Source: Bugula neritina (Eukaryota; Animalia; Bryozoa). Taken from it: a DNA stretch of 64,000 bases. The position numbers and the translations under genes are program-made. The notes below the pieces were generated by a model that saw only the letters and a list, made by a program, of their open reading frames with translations, had not been told where the DNA came from and did not search any database. Below, in pieces: positions 61,042 through 64,000 of this stretch (positions are counted from its first letter, which is position 1; every line of letters begins with the position of its first letter). The stretch spans positions 6,370,889 to 6,434,888 of the forward strand of contig OZ037772.1 in the NCBI GenBank assembly GCA_964035545.1, written 5' to 3'.

Positions 61042-62313
61042 TAACTGCAGTCAACCAAATTGTACAAGCTATCTGCTCTTAGGTCATACAAGGTTGACCA
61101 ATCAGATTCCAGCTTTACAGAGGAACTATAAAGCTCGTCAATAGATGCAGTGTTATTGTTTTCTTTGCATTGCTAAAATCATATAATGTGTGGGTCATAT
61201 GTTTGCATTTCCTACCTTATCTCAATCATTTTATTTGCTATCATTTTCTATAAAATGTCTTCAAAAGTGAAAATGTGATTTTATATCAGCATTCAGTAAT
61301 GTGAAGTTTGCCCAATGCTCATCTATTTATTTGGCAAAGGATTTTATAGTTGTTTACATACATAAATGATAACCTACTATACAAAAAGGCAAGATTAGTT
61401 GAAAAGATACTCAAAGAAATAAAACAACACCATCACTTACAGATAAAAACAATATTGAACAATTAATTTTTTATACAGTAGTTTGTTTTTACAATTCTCA
61501 ATGAAGAAATACAGCTTTTTTATTAACATGTTTACAAATGAATTTAAACCTTTAAATATTTTTAATAAAGTATTTTGCAGTAGTTTTCAATGTGGTTTTA
61601 GCCTACAACATTGGACTTTATCAAGTTAATTATGCATTATAGCATATGAATTATACATTTAAAAGCACAATTACAATAAGTTTACATGCATGGTATAAAT
61701 GCTAAATAGATCAAAATGTTTAAAAACAAATTAAGTGAAGAGAATTAATTTTCTAGGTTGCCACTTGAAAAAAAACCAGCCTAGTTATTATATATTATTC
61801 AAAAATATTATCAAACTTTCAATATGAGAAGTAAATGAGAAATATAAAAAATAAGGCAATGCAACATACTCTTGCAAATGAGAGGACAATTCATAATAGA
61901 AATGCTGATAAACCCTCTCTCTGATCAAGCATATATATAACACACAAATATAGACATACTTATACAGCTATTATACTTAGAAAATAAAATGCTACATTAC
62001 ATTGCTTTTCTTCAAGAATTATGTGATAGGTGTACATATAGTTCTAAATTAATTTTTCTGAAATTCTTGTTATAACCAGTCAAAAAAGCTGGTTGTTTTT
62101 TGTTCATCTCAAACTTTCCAAAGTTAAAGCACAGATTCAAACACACAGAAAATCAGAAACACACATACATGTACACAAACATATATGTTATATACCAAGC
62201 AAAGACAAAATGTGATTTCTAAAGTGCTTAGTTTAGATGCTGGAACAGTATTGCAGTGACTTCTTACTATATATACTAACGTATACTCAATTTTATTATG
62301 ACACTGTATAACA

Positions 62314-63915
62314 TCACTCGCCAACACCATGGTGTTCAACAACTTTTAACCCATGAATTTCAAGCTCATAAATATTAAAAAAGTCATCCACTTCAACAGC
62401 TGTTACTCTCACAAATCTACCATACATTCTAGTATGACATGTAACCAGAAATATATCTGCAGGTGGTTGTCCAGGAAGGTAGTCACAGATCTCATCTTCT
62501 GGTGGATCATCAAAGTTAGTATCAGTTTCACCAACTGTTACTCTCACATTGGCCAGTCTGTCATTCTGAACTATACCATCAAAAACAATAGAGTTATTTT
62601 GTTAACTAATAAGCTCAATGATTGTATTATGTATGTGTAAAATATTCCATTTTGGACCATGTTTCGGAAGGTAGTCAATTAGCATTATAATTAACTATAA
62701 TACACTAGCTACTATAACATATATAAATGCATATATAGCTCATCATTTAAAATATGTTTCACAGTAATATATTAAATTATAGAACTTATTATAGCCAAAA
62801 GCTGTTTATTGACTCACATTGGTTGGTAGCCTCAGATCTGTCCCAGATTTTGACACCCTCAACCAGATAGTTGGTAGCTAAGTCTACTTGTATCCATGGA
62901 GACAGTTCTTTTTGTGTAAATGCTAAGCTTTGATGTTCAATAATGTCAGAAGTGGATGGGAGATAAATTTCATCAATCGCCTTTTGTCCGACATAGCTTT
63001 CAGCTATTACACTACTTAAAGTAACTGTTTTATCTACAATTCATCATTCAAACAGTAATGTTCAAACTATAGTTGTTACGTAACAATTAATCTATTATAT
63101 ATAGATTGCTATCTTGTAACAAATAGATCAAGTAGCTCGTTGAAACATTTATACACCATCTCGTGCTGTACAAGCAAAATATATGCATTGTTAAATTTTA
63201 AGCCTGATAAACTGTGATGAATTTTTGAACTTTTCTTACTTCTAGCAAGATCAGTAAAAAATCCATAAACCACCAAATCTTCAGAGACCGCCTTCTTAAC
63301 AGAACACAGTCTACTAGTCTGCTCTGTGTTGATTATCACTTCTGGTTTCTCAGACAGGAAACAGGTTGATGTATTCTTGTCATATGACACAGCAACACAT
63401 GATTGGTTACAGGAGCAGAGAGACAGGCATGACTCATAACCTTCACCTTTTCTTTGATGGTAAAATGTCATGACATCAGAAAATGTTTGATTGAGGAAGA
63501 AAAGTTCCCCTAAATGGAAAACAAAACAATATTAGCAATAGGAACGGACACAGAGCTAAAGAAATTTTTAATGCACATTTATTTCTGTGGACTCAGTAGA
63601 TTCAAAATTAAATGCCTTCTAAATCGATTCTTAGATTTATTATTTATGATATAAAATCTGGTTTGAAATTTCTAGAGAATTGCTGTAAAACATAAGTTAT
63701 ATTTGCTTCAGGGATTTGAGCACAAAATGTTACATATATACTTGTCGTTGAAGATATCTTCATGAAGTAAACCATCTCCTCCAAGTTTCCTTCCTCCACC
63801 TCTACTAAAGGTTCATTAAACAGTCCACAAGTTCTGTTTGCTGATTCAAAGACACCAGACTGACACTGACCGTGGAAGAAACTACACTCATTCATACATT
63901 CAAGCATAGATCTAG
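62314..63915 (-). CDS. Gene F: PAN-PAN-F-type lectin paralog, 5'-partial (exons 2-5)
   Basis: Exons 63915-63742, 63509-63240, 63033-62818, 62570-62314. GT-AG, phase 1, open frame. Exon 1 is expected beyond position 64000. Confidence 0.88.
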
Positions 63916-64000
63916 CTACAATTTAGTAATGACTATTGTTATTTCCTCAGCTGTAGTATTTTTAATAAGTATATGAAGTTGTAAACTATATAATTCAAGG

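Overview
AT-rich, intron-containing animal DNA, probably an invertebrate; the taxon cannot be determined from the window. From about 22 kb to the window end lies a tandem and inverted cluster of six paralogs, here called A-F, of a 5-exon gene. The gene encodes a secreted protein of about 353-356 aa: signal peptide, two PAN/apple-like Cys modules and a C-terminal F-type lectin (fucolectin) domain. A, C and E are intact. F is intact but its exon 1 lies beyond the window. B carries a nonsense codon and D is a truncated two-exon relic. All introns are phase 1. Framework stretches are identical at nucleotide level between paralogs, while the predicted sugar-binding loops differ in every copy and the copies are mosaics of one another, which suggests a diversifying recognition-receptor family. 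The rest is repeats: a decayed R4/Dong-like retrotransposon, a 5'-truncated CR1/L2/Jockey-group LINE, an RTE fragment, a Penelope-like element with a hammerhead ribozyme, five tRNA-Thr-derived SINE copies, several MITE families and long (TA)n/(GA)n arrays. No confident host gene was found in 1-22 kb. All alignments were made by eye.
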